Source of the DNA: Camelus ferus
Lineage: Eukaryota
Length of the DNA: 64,000 bases
Reading direction: 5' to 3'
Assembly: GCF_009834535.1 (NCBI RefSeq)
Contig: NC_045697.1
Location: 90,398,001 to 90,462,000 of the forward strand
Under the pieces are notes generated by a model. The model worked only from the letters and a program-made list of their open reading frames with translations. It was not told where the DNA came from and searched no databases. Position numbers and translations under genes: made by a program. Positions 52,311 through 64,000 of this stretch are shown here, piece by piece. The stretch's first letter is position 1, and each line of letters starts with the position of its first letter.

Positions 52311-55020
52311 AATTGTTCCTGAAAATAAAAGCTTTTGCTTATGAATCTATCCATTAGAATACTAATTGTATTAATAACTACAATATTAAAATAAAAGAGA
52401 CTCAAACAAAATCTTGAGACCCCATGAGGAAATCGTTCAACTGTCCAAGAGAAATTTCAATCCTTATTCAAATAGGTATGAATTCAGTGACTCTTTTGCA
52501 ACTCATATCACATCTCCAAATCCCAGCCTCTTTAGTTTCAGACTTTGCAACATAAAAAGACCAATCCACAGTGTATGAAAACAGAAGGTATGCCAGTACT
52601 CAGCAATAAGCAGAAATAAGCAATGTTGCCAGACTTATCAAAAACACTGATTTCTTCTAAAGAGAAAGAATCTCATCAAGAGTTTAGGCAACAGTTACTT
52701 GACAACAGCAGGCACTAGAACTTTTATCAGAAACCAGCTTCCTGTCTCAGACTCAGCCCTCTCAGAATAGATTGAGATCTAAGTGAGACCCAAGACAACA
52801 TCTAATGCAACCTTCCTTGAATAAACAAAAAAGCTAATGTCCAGGGATATTAAGGAAGTCACTTTAGTAATAAACAACCGAACTAGAACTTTTGTCTCCT
52901 GACTCCTATTTCAGGTGTGCTTTCCTCAGCCCCATATTTTCAAATGTTTCTCTGAGTCATGAGTTAAACCAGTGGACTTGGAGTTAACCTATGTCTCACA
53001 GAGCAGACCTCGGGAGAATACTGAGTTGCCATGCTGATGGATTATCGGGGTTGCTTCCAGCTGTTTGGGCAGAACCACTCAAGCAGCTGCCTGAGATGAG
53101 GGATGAGTGAGTACACACATGTGTACTTAGTGAGGAAATGGTTAGAAAGGGGAAATCGTTTCTTCATAGATGCCTTCCATCCTCCCAGTGGCTGCTGAGA
53201 GATCTGGTATCAAAGGATTCTGTGTCCTCCACCCTCCAGCCTGCCCTTCTCTCTCACTGAGCCTCATGCCCCCAAGTTAGCTACCCCAATTCCTTACTTG
53301 AAAAAATGCTAGTGCTTAAAAATTATTGCTCTGTAGAATAGAGAAACAATGTAATGAAAATGGTCTTTGAACTTCAGAGTCTGGGAAGCTACAGTGAAAG
53401 AGCCTGTTAACTACACTCTTACAGGAGCAGAAACCAAATGCTTTATCAAAAACGGTTGGAAAATTAGATTCTCGGAGAGCAGGACCCAGGAATCTGTTAA
53501 AAAAATTCCACAGGACTCTTAATATTCAGCAAGTTTAGGAATCTCCAGTATAACATGTATAAATTGTTTTTGCTGAGGTTACATTTTCAGTGTTCCATTT
53601 CAGTAGCTAATCTAAAACGCTTACACGGGAAAAAAAAAAAGCAACACAAAACTGCTGGAGATTGAATGTGACAATGAAGTACTGGAACTAGAAGGTTTTG
53701 GAGATTTCATCCAACATCCTGTTTCTCATATAGAAGGATGCCTCATGCATTGCAGAAATTTCCCAATGTTGCGTGTTCACGGAAAGGAAAATTAAGTGTA
53801 CTGGTTGTTTTCCTCTTTTTCTTTAGATTACTGATAGAGAATAAAATTCAAAAATGGGTATCAATTTCAACTGAATTCCTGAAGAAGAGAAAAACAGCTA
53901 TATGTAGACAAAATTTGATAACCAGTTTACCCTCCATATGCTAAATCATTAACTTGTTCTCTGCTTAGGCACCAAACAAAGATTTATGTGCCCCAAAATA
54001 CTCAACTCACTTGACACTACATAAGAAAAAACAGCAGGCCTCTCCCTTAGTGAGACTGCTCCATGGCTATTTATAAATGGAGTAGAATAACAAATCATTA
54101 GGACATGTTGGAGAGGGGAAAAAAACATGACTAACTACAGTTATTATATTTCAAGTGTGTCAGTCTACTATCTCAGCATTTATAGAGCCCACAGGAGGAA
54201 TTTTTTGATAGTTCTTTTCAGTTAAAACCAGCTGGTAAAATTTATAGCTTTTCTGGTTCACAGAAAACTATGTGGGTTGTTGGGCTTCTAGGAAGTAGAG
54301 AATAAATGATATTACCAAGAAATATTACTTTTCAACATATTTTATGCTGGCTCTATATCACAGTTTAACTTCAGTGTTTCTCCAGGACCTTCTAAAATCA
54401 CAGAAAAAGAAATAATATTGGAAAATTAGATTAGTCTTACAGAATGAATATCCTCAAGGGAGGAACAGTTTACTGTGTTAGATGAAGTTTCTTTTTAAAA
54501 AAAGTCAGATTGTACCTGCATGCAAATGTTCCTTAAAACATTAAACTAATTATTAGCTAAGGCAAAGCCTACTCAGCAGGATTTGTTATATCTTGCTGTA
54601 CGTCAGCACTAAATATTACCTATTATAAGGAATATTTTCTCCATAAAGTAAACAGCAAGAAAATGTAGAGAAAATGGGGCTTTTTTTCGATTGACACACT
54701 AGGGAGAGCATAGAATAAGTTTTAGAATATTTGGGGTACATTGAACTTAAAATTATTGAGATGAGAAGAAGATTCTTACAGCATGAGTGTGTCAAGCATG
54801 AGAGAGTATTATAGTGGATTGGCAATGCTCTGTTTCTTAACCTGACTGGTAACTTTGTGAAAAACGGTCAACTGTATTTTTTTTATATACTTTTAGGTAT
54901 ATTTGTTACATTTCAGTTTAAATAAAAGTTAAACAAAAGAGAACATAATGTCTCAACCATTCACTAATCTCTGATCCCTCTTGAAAACACATTAAAATTA
55001 CACTGAAGAGATCTTTTTTA

Positions 55021-55143
55021 GAATAGGAAAATGAATATACGTATGTATATACATGACTGGGACATTGTGCTGTACACCAGAAATTGACACATTGTAACTG
55101 ACAGTACTTCAATTAAAAAAATAATAATACTTTTTTTTAAAAA
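55021..55143 (+). mobile_element. Very short L1 3' end
   Basis: tgactgggacattgtgctgtacaccagaaattgacacattgtaactgac; TSD gaagagatctttttt (55005-55019) / gaaaagatctttttt (55144-55158). Confidence 0.8.
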
Positions 55144-55786
55144 GAAAAGATCTTTTTTAAGTTCCATACCTACAGAGCAAAAAGAATAGGAGAGGATAAA
55201 GTAGAAAGATATCAACTACATATGGGAAAGTGGGAAGTACATGGACTTGTAATAATTTACTTAGAAGATAAGAGAAAACTAAATTCTTGCAGAGAAATGA
55301 GTTTCAAACCTTGAAGAACCATAAAAAGTCTCAGGAATTGGGTCTACCAAGGTACCTCTGAAGTTCAGGTCCTGGTGGGACTGAAAATAGAAGGATTGGT
55401 TATTCATCTCTGTAAGAAGAAGTTAAACCGTTAGATATCCTTCATCACCCCAACAAAGGACTAAGAAGGTTGCACCTTAGAAATTTTGGACTAGGAGTCT
55501 TTGGGTATGACTGGGGGCAGCGTTGCCATAGTGAGTGAAGTTCTAGATACTAAATAGATCCTCAACCCCCTCTTCAAACTCAAAACTTGACTCTTGGAAT
55601 GCTGACAGTGAGCCTTATAACCCTAGGCAAGAGGATAAAGGATTTCTACCTGGGGAAACTAACCATGAATAAAGAAAAAAATCCATGTATTCAGAGTTGA
55701 CTGTGATCAGCAAGCTCCCAACAGAGAAGGCAGTCAGTCAACACACCCTGCAGACACACACTTAAACACATACACACATCACCCCA

Positions 55787-55787
<1 letters not shown>

Positions 55788-55830
<43 letters not shown>
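55788..55830. repeat. (CA)n microsatellite, ~21 units
   Basis: Direct reading. Confidence 0.97.
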
Positions 55831-55834
<4 letters not shown>

Positions 55835-55904
55835 ACCTTTCAGTCAACTCTAATCTCTCATTCTTAATTATGGACAGGCAAAACTTACCAGATATCAGAA
55901 AAAA

Positions 55905-56610
55905 AAATCGTCCATACAATGGAATACAATTCAGCAATAAAAGTAAACTATTGTTATCTGTAACCACATAAATGACTCTCATATGGTAAGTGGAAGAAGT
56001 CAGACAAAAAAAGACTAATGCTCTATGATTCAATTATGTAAAGTTCCTGAAATTGCAAGGCAATCTACATGACAAAATGTTTGTCAGTGGTTGCCTATCA
56101 GGTGATGGGCAGTATGGAGAGATTATAAAGGGACACAAGGAAACTTTTGAAGCTGATGGGTATGATCATTATCTTGATTGCGGTGATGGTTTCATGGAAG
56201 TAAACACGTGTCAAATCCTATCAAATTTCCTAGTTTAATGTGTACCTTATTGTATTGTGTATTATACCTCTGTGAAGCTGTTATTAAAAGTTATAAATAA
56301 AATAAAATGTAATTATAGATATGAGTAATATTTACATAATCATAATAATGTAAACACTGAGTAAGACATGGTTTTTTAAGAGGCTGGAGGCTGGGATATT
56401 TAATTTGCATTTTTCTGATTTCTATTGCGGTTTTGTACCTCTTCGTATACTGATTGGTTATTGGGGATTTTTCCTTCTGTGGAGTGCTTATTCATGCTCT
56501 TTGACAGTTTGGTTGGTTTCTGTGTGTTATCCCTCCTGATTTGCAGGAGTTCCTTATATATTCTAGATATTAATCCCTTTTGGGTTACATGTGCTACAAA
56601 CATCTTCTCT
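55905..56610. mobile_element. Ancient L1M fragments (plus 3' end ~55905-56310; minus piece ~56400-56610)
   Basis: catacaatggaatacaattcagcaataaaa, atcttgattgcggtgatggtttcatgg; minus piece translates ..[13 protein letters not shown]. Confidence 0.7.
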
Positions 56611-57009
56611 CAGGCTGGCCCTGTCAGTTAACTTTCTCTAACTCTTTCCTCTACTTTGCAGGACACTTAACTTTCTTTATACAAAACAGTGGGCAGATGA
56701 CAACTTCAGCTGACTTTACGTGTCTTTATGTGACTTTACATGCTATCCTGGAATTTAATTTTCTGGACAAATTACAAAATGTCTTAAAGGAATCCTCTGT
56801 ATTATAAAATCAGTGAATTTGCTTGAGGAATAAGTTTGCCCCAGCCAGAGAAATCTACACATAACTTGAGAAAATAACAGGCTATGTAAAGTGGTGATAA
56901 GAGAAGTAATGTGTCTTGTTAAACTTAGTCCAACTTCACCTCCCCAAACTTCTCCACATTCACTTCTTTGTTTTTGAGAAAGTAAAGTGCAGCGGTAAAC
57001 CTTTCATAT

Positions 57010-57170
57010 GATGGACAGGATTTCAAATCCCAGAGCTTCTATTTCCCATGTAAAATGGAGTCGCTAATATTTACCTCACAGACTGTTTTGAGAATGAATT
57101 ATGATAGTGTAAATGCTTAATTAGCACAGTACCTGGACCATAGTTAGCACCCAGTAAATGGTAGCCATTA
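57010..57170 (+). mobile_element. MIR SINE
   Basis: tgtaaaatggagtcgctaatatttacctcacagactgttttgagaatgaa...gcacagtacctggaccatagttagcac. Confidence 0.7.
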
Positions 57171-58242
57171 AATTACTCTTCCCCAGCCCATTCTCCCTTT
57201 CAACCTAGCAAAAAACCTTCTACTTATCTTTTAAAGCCAAGTTCAAAAGACATTTCCATAAAGTCATCCCCAAATCAGTGCAAGCTGACTCTAGTACACC
57301 GCTGCTTAACCTCAATTTCACCCCCAAAATATTCATCACTGCAAAACATTCATTACTCTCTTTTCTGTGGTCTCAAGTGCATTATTCATTTTACTTACAT
57401 GTATGTAAGACTACTGTGATGAGCTCAATAGATGACTATTTCCCACAATAAAATGTGCGCTCCCTGAAGCTAGGAATAATTATCTCTGTCACTCATTTTT
57501 AACACGGTGAAGGGTTTCCTTTGTAAATACAGCTAACTACTCAGCTAAACAGGTTATATAGATGCAAATGATAAAGGAATCAAAGTGAAGAGAAACAGTA
57601 TTTTGACCTATCATAAAGAAAACTATCTTTTAAAATCACAGAAGTAGGAGGGAGGAGAAGGAAGAGGAAGGAGGGAAAGAAGGGGTTGGAAACAAAAGGT
57701 AATGAAGAAGAATCCTGTAGAAGATTCGGAATATAAGAATACCCTACTATATTACCCCTTTTCAAAGTAGTTTAACCATACACACCATATGAATTTCTCC
57801 AGTAGAGTTTATTTAAATTGCTGTGTTTAAATCAATGTGTATCTATTATGGATTAAAGCACAGTGTCACTACCTTCATTTTTAATTTTATGTAAAAGAAA
57901 GTTGTATCTGTTTTCTCAACAAGTTATTGTGAAAGCTCGAATGGTGAGAAAGTTTACCAATGTATGGAAACTTTCACTTCTAGGTGAAAATTAAGTGCTT
58001 ACTTAAAGTGATTGTTATGGGCCCCCCAGTCTGTTAATACTCAACTTTCTTAAAAGGGGTGTGATATATTTCAGTACTTGTGGTGTGAAAGCCAAAGCCC
58101 CTTGCCTAAAAGTACTTCCATTCTTTGTTAATGATGATTTAATAAAGAAATCATCGTGTAATTGATTGTTTAGTTCAACATTCCCCCATGCCCAGGAGTC
58201 TGATTCGGCATTAGCCATCCAGGATTTTTTAAAATTGCTGCA

Positions 58243-58379
58243 TTTTTTAAAATTGAAGTATAATCGGTTTACAATTGTGTTAATTTCTGGTGTACAGCCT
58301 AGTGATTCCATTATACATACATATTCCTTTTCATATTTTTCATTATAGGCTGTTACAAGGTATTGAATATAGTTCCCTG
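58243..58379 (-). mobile_element. Short L1 3' end
   Basis: aattgaagtataatcggtttacaattgtgttaatttctggtgtacagc...tattgaatatagttccctg. Confidence 0.75.
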
Positions 58380-58574
58380 ATCAGCTATACTGATTCAACA
58401 TTTAAGTAAAATAAGGTTTAATCTTTAAGCAGACAGTTTTTATTTTTGTTTATTTTATTTCTGAAGTAAAATAAGACATTACATACCTGAATAATGTTTA
58501 CCCTACTCCCTGGTGGTAAATTTTTTTTTTTAATTAAACGTGACTACTTAAGACTTTATACATTATTCTTGTCT

Positions 58575-59830
58575 TTTGAATATGTTCTAGTTATCTATTT
58601 CTCTTAAAAAATCACTGCAAATTGGATTGACTTAACAACAGTCATCTTATTATTTCCACTGGTTTCCGTGGGCCAAGAATTTAGGGAAGGCTCATAGGGT
58701 GGTTCTGGCTTGGGGCCTCTCATGAATTTCATGTGTTATATGATGCTTTAGAACTTTCTTACAAAGAATATTCTAGCCCTGTCTATCCCATGGGTCTGTG
58801 TTCCTTTTTAAAGTTGAGAACAGCTTGCTATCTGAAAAGACTACTCTGAATCCTTTGCATTTTCTGAGTTTCATTCAAAATGGATTAATTTGTTCACTAG
58901 TTCATCACCTTCCTCTTTTACTGTATTATGAGCAGCAAGAAAAAGTCAGATCATTGAGTTCATTAGGCACACAGTCTCTGTTCCACATTCACACAGACAA
59001 GAACTGTGCTAAACTTTCTGCCAATACATACGGGGGTCCCCTTTCTCCAACTTCCACTTATGTTCTCTTCATTTTGCTTTAAGCCCTCACAGACAGTATT
59101 CTTGAGGCCCTTCTGCTAACACTCTTCCCAAGTTTCTTCCAGCTTTCACTAACATCCTTCCTAGGTGCTTCAGGATTTTACTAACAGTCTCTTCCTAAAG
59201 GATTCTGTCCACTTTAGGTTTTTTGTTATGTCAGCACTCCATTTGTGTATCAAATTCTGCTCCAATTATCTATTGCTACATGGTAAATCACCCCAAAATG
59301 TACTTGCTGAAAACAACAACAATCATTGTATTATCTTTTGTGATTTCTGTGGCTCAGAAATTCAGAAAGGAATCAGTTTATGATTCTGGCTGAGTCACTC
59401 ATGTGTAGTCACACAGTAGCTGGATTGGAACAATGAGGAGCTGGAGCAGCTGAGAAGGCTAAACAACTCTCATAACTTGTAGATTCAGTATTCCTCTCTG
59501 TGCTTTTTCCATGTAGGCTAATTTCAGCTCCCTCACAGCACAGCAGTATCGGGGGGTGGGGTTAGCTTCCATGGTCTGATTTTTCCAGAGCAGTCATCCC
59601 AAGAGAACCAAATAGAAGCTTATGGCCTGGCCTATTCTTTGCTAATATCGTAAGTCATGCAAAGTCACCTCAACTGGATTCTGTTTGTGAAGCAATTACA
59701 ATCCTACCCAAATTCAGATTGAGGGAGCTAATTAGACCACATCTTTTTATGGGTGAGTCACAAGGTTCTAAAAGTATACGTGGTATGGGTGTTATTTTGC
59801 ACCCATTTTTCAAAAATACAATCTGCTACA
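58575..59830. mobile_element. MaLR (MLT1) LTR remnants with intervening internal-like sequence
   Basis: ttatctattgctacatggtaaatcaccccaaaa, gatttctgtggctcagaaattcag, end aaaatacaatctgctaca. Confidence 0.65.
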
Positions 59831-60590
59831 TAGTAATACTTTTAGACTTAGTTCCACATGGTTTCTTTTTCTAGCTAGTTTTAAGTGAGGAGCAAAACAC
59901 ACCATCAGCCATTGTAACAGGAACCCAGTTGAGGTGGGAGGGAAGGGGCCATCATTTAACACTAGGTAACCATGGTGTTTTGTTTTTTAACCATAACTTC
60001 ATAATCATAATCCTCACTAGTATATGAAATTAGTTTTTCAGTGTATACTTTGAAGGAACCCATGCTTCTTTTGTCTTGAAAATGTCTGTTAATAAATATG
60101 ATTATTTTGTTATTCTTCTGTAAAATGCTAGACTATATTGCTTTTGTGCAGCCTTAATTCCTCTACAGTGAATGGTGTAAAATATTTAACACCTGTTTCT
60201 TCACTCATTTTTCATACATATAGCAATATTTATAAATCTTTCTTTTAAATAGCTTTATCAATATGCCAAATAACAACAATACTCATATTTGATTGGCAGG
60301 TTTAAAAGTCATTTTTTTAAACATTTTTTGCATTGATCAAATCGTCTAGTGAAAATTATTATTTTTCACTATTGGAAAGAAATCAAAACTCTTTTCAATT
60401 TAACTTTATCCCCTTGCATGGTATGTTACCTGCTGGAAACTTAAGATTGATTATATTTTCAGTGATTCCAACACCCCCATATGTCAGTATGTATTGCCAT
60501 CATATAATTAGGAGAAAGACAAATATATGAAAATAAATTTAATAAGCCATTTAATACATTTGATACCATATATACATGTACATAACTCAC

Positions 60591-60750
60591 GCCTGCTTTG
60601 AAGAGTTATTAATAAAATGATATTATAGCCCCTAGAAAGAGGGACCAATCCATCACACATAGTGTGGTTTGTGAGTCTGTGGCTATTTGGGGAAGCAGGC
60701 CTTCTTAACCCACTCCTGTTATCGACACAACGCCCCATTTGCGTTTACAA
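60591..60750 (-). other. Candidate 160-nt exon of a minus-strand transcript
   Basis: Acceptor ctgattatatttgtctctcAG with a branch-like ctgat, donor GC|GTGAGT; locally GC/CpG-elevated unique sequence. Confidence 0.45.
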
Positions 60751-61019
60751 CTGAGAGACAAATATAATCAGACAGTGTGAATATCTCTTGTCTCTGTCTG
60801 TGACTAAAGTGACCTTTTCTGGAATTGAATATACTCTGGATTTTTTTGGACGGTCCAATTCTAATTGTTGGGTCTCATGAGTATGTTTATGTATGTCTTC
60901 ATTTCTGATGGAAAAAGTAGTCCCATATGTACAGGTCTTCTGTGCTAACATCTCTAACAAGTCCTATACCAACACATAAACATCAATCGAGGTGAAAATA
61001 CAACTTGGCAGCCTTGAAT

Positions 61020-61290
61020 TGGAAACAGCATGGACGTTGGAGTCAAAAAGACCAGTGTTCAAATCCCTACTGGCTCACATATTATCTCTGGAATCTTCAG
61101 CAAATTCCTTCTCTCTGAGCCTTTGTTACCTTGATTGTAGTAATGGTTTCACAGGTGTTTGAGTATGTTCAAATCCATCAAACTGTATGCATTAAATATG
61201 TGCAGCTCTTTGTATACTAATAGTATTTCAATGAAGCTGTTTAATAATTAATATATGGTATAATATACCTACCTCAAAAAGTAAATTGGG
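61020..61290 (+). mobile_element. MIR interrupted by an L1M 3' fragment
   Basis: ggagtcaaaaagaccagtgttcaaatccc...ctctctgagcct (MIR); cttgattgtagtaatggtttcacaggtg (L1M); aatacctacctca (MIR). Confidence 0.6.
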
Positions 61291-63169
61291 GAATCTATGC
61301 AAGGCTATAAAGTGCATGATCCATGAGTAGTCTGGAAGCTGTTTTTTAGTAGTAAAGATTTAGCTTTATTTAATTGGGTAATTACAGGGTTCTAAGGAAT
61401 GGCAAGAGAAAAGAGGAGGAAGTGGAAGTATAATTGGACGAGAGAGAGGGTCTTTTCTTAAAATAATTTTGCTTTCCTTCAAAAGCAATAGAATGTATTT
61501 CCTGAGAAACAGAGACTGCTAAGGCAGGCTAACTAAGGGAGAATTTTAGCTTTAGTGCTTTGACAACAAGGCCTGGATTCCAACTCCAACCTTTGTACAG
61601 CTGACTAGTTAGGGTTCATACCCATTCTAATGCAAACACATGAAAACAATTAAACAGCTAAATTCCAGCCTGGCTTCTCAATACTATGGCTTATTTAGCT
61701 CTTAGCAGGGGATATTACTGTGGCCAAAAAACCTGGTTTACCACTGAGTGATTTCTGCAGAGAATGTAAAATCATATCAGCAGGTTTGTTACAAATCACA
61801 TTTTGGCAGTAGAATAAAGCTGGAATATTCAATTGGCAGTGTGTATGTGTACCTCCTGTATGACCACGTCTACTCTAGAAGATTAAAGTGGAAGATTAAA
61901 AATAGCCTGGATAATTTGGACAAGAGGAACAATAATAAAACCTCCTATTTATTCATGGAGAAAAATGCTGATGGTTCTAATATTTGAATTAAATGAACTC
62001 AAATAATTTGAACACCCAGTTCTCACTTATATTTACAGATAATTTTATCAATATATTTAAAGGAAATTGCCTAACTTTCCACTTCTTTCATCTGTTTGAT
62101 ACAGCTCAATATTATGGAATTGGCAGAATTAAAATCTTCCAAAGACACCATTTACCAGTCTGAAGCCTTCACATTTAAATCCAGCTAAAAATACAGGTAG
62201 AATTATTTCATTTCTTTTTTTGTTTAGTTTTTACATTTGATTGGCTTCCTCATTTTTTTTCTTTCTTAATTTTTTTAGTTTTTTATTGAAGTATAGTTTA
62301 ATTTCTATAAACCAGGGTAGAATCCTTTTTAAAAGATACAGTAGTTGTAGAATCTCTAGATAATCAAAATGGCAATTTATTTTTAATCATATAAAAATTA
62401 TGCACTTCATATCCAGCTGTCATGGAGCAATTGAGAAATTACTTTGAGGTAAACTTAAGTATGAATAAGTAATATAATAATATATCCTAAAGTTTTATGT
62501 CATATGTGTGATTTTTTTTATTCATTATAAAAATACCTGTGTGATGTGGATAAAGGCAGTTTTTCTCCAGGCTATGAAAATAATTACTGAATAAAAATAA
62601 AAATGAAAGGAATAAAATATTACAAATGTTTAGAAAATCAGTAAGGACATATTCCAAAACCTTCATATTAAAAATGAGAGAGAGAGAAAGAATCTTTGCT
62701 TTGGAAATCTCAGATTACAACCATTCAGCATATTCAAACTCATTAAGACCACTGTATGTTGATTCCATATTTTTCATGTCATGATCTTCTAATGTAAGTT
62801 AGTCTCAAGTGATTATATTCTTTTCTAAAATAAAATAAATAATTTCCTATATTCTTAGAGCTAGCACTTGCTAAGGAGAGAAAAATGAATGAGTAAGTGA
62901 AAGAATTCTACAATATCTATAAACATCAGGGTCTTGAAAATGGAAATGAAGAAAAAGAAATTTAGTCTCTCTCTCCAAGTTAGTAACCTGAAAATCAGTC
63001 TTTGCTCATAAAATAGTACCACAGAATCCGTTTCCAGGAACTTTATATAAATCTTTTCTTTTTCTTGTGAGTAGAGTCTTGCTTCTGTGTTCTATCATCA
63101 TATAAGTCACCAATCCATTGGGCTTCATAAGCTTATCCATGACTGTTGTATGAGAAGATAGACCTTTTT

Positions 63170-63290
63170 ATGGAAATTTTTTGTGTTATAATATATATAA
63201 CAAAATTTGCTATTTTAACCATTATTATGTATAAAATTTAGTGGCATTAACTACATATACAGTGTTGTGCAACCAACATCACTATCTGTT
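63170..63290 (-). mobile_element. L1M 3' end fragment
   Basis: ataacaaaatttgctattttaacc...tagtggcattaactacatatacagtgttgtgcaaccaacatcactatct. Confidence 0.75.
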
Positions 63291-64000
63291 TGATTGACAC
63301 AGAGGAGTATAAGAAGAGCGAAGATTTTTCTTAGAAAGCAATTCTGCTGGAATCAGTGCTGAATGTTAATGTTATTCCTTCATTTTCCAAGGCTCTCGAA
63401 GCTCCACTTTCTGGGTTAATGAGTTACCTAACTACATGTTAGGTATCTACAAATTTGGAACATCATGCTTTCCAAACATACCAAATTTCACTACCAGTTT
63501 CAATTAAAAGGGATTTCAAGAGTGTGAGGTATTGGATAGTCTAAAGCTGGTATGAATCAAAGGTCATAACAGTTATCTCCAACAAGCCTTCTTTCTCCAT
63601 AGAAAGAAAATCATGATAAAAGATACAGAAAGTAAAATATTCCTTTTTCTCAAAAAACTAATTTTTTTTTGTTAGAAGATAAAGATGATCTTCTATTCAG
63701 GCAAGGAAACTGGTTAGATTTTCTCTCTTTTTTTTTTTTTTTCAAGAAAATGTCAAATTTACCTTTTGCTCTTTTTTTTCTATTTTGGTTGATTTCTAAG
63801 TATACGGATCTGCTCTTAATTAAGAACACAGAACACATGAACTTAGGTTCCTTGCCAGAAAATGAAGCCTCAGATTGGCTACTGTCCAATTTTTATCAAA
63901 AGCTAAGTTGAAAAAAAAAAAAAAATATATATATATAGCATTACTGAAAGGACATACAATCCATTCATTCCATGAGAAGTTTTAACTTTTATTCCTGTGT

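Noticed and set aside
54595..54625. cagcactaaatatt resembling miR-16
   Set aside because: It does not match the mature sequence, and no complementary arm forms a ~60-nt hairpin.

Overview
Mammalian (eutherian) genomic DNA, AT-rich and repeat-dense. The tRNA-derived SINEs resemble camelid Vic-1 and the young L1s share one 3' end, which suggests a camelid genome (inference). The first ~19.3 kb is almost all LINE-1 on the + strand: an old 5'-truncated L1 (~547-10440) with nested insertions, including an older full-length L1 (~799-7570), followed by a young, CpG-rich but inactivated full-length L1 (12237-~19326). The remainder is intron-like or intergenic DNA with L2, MIR, MaLR/ERVL/ERV1 LTRs, DNA-transposon fossils and short L1 3' ends. 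There is one non-repeat CpG island (~40190-40830), which carries a 10-bp-phased CACGC/GCGTG tandem array. No host protein-coding exon was recognised; all long ORFs are L1 ORF1/ORF2 fragments. Splice signals suggest a spliced minus-strand transcript (lncRNA or 5' UTR exons) crossing the island, but I cannot name the gene. Repeat family names come from recalled consensus motifs, not a database search, and boundaries of old repeats are approximate. The best leads are the phased array in the CpG island, the unusual 3' end of the young L1 (3' transduction or a replaced 3' end), and a triple-TSD composite retro-insertion.
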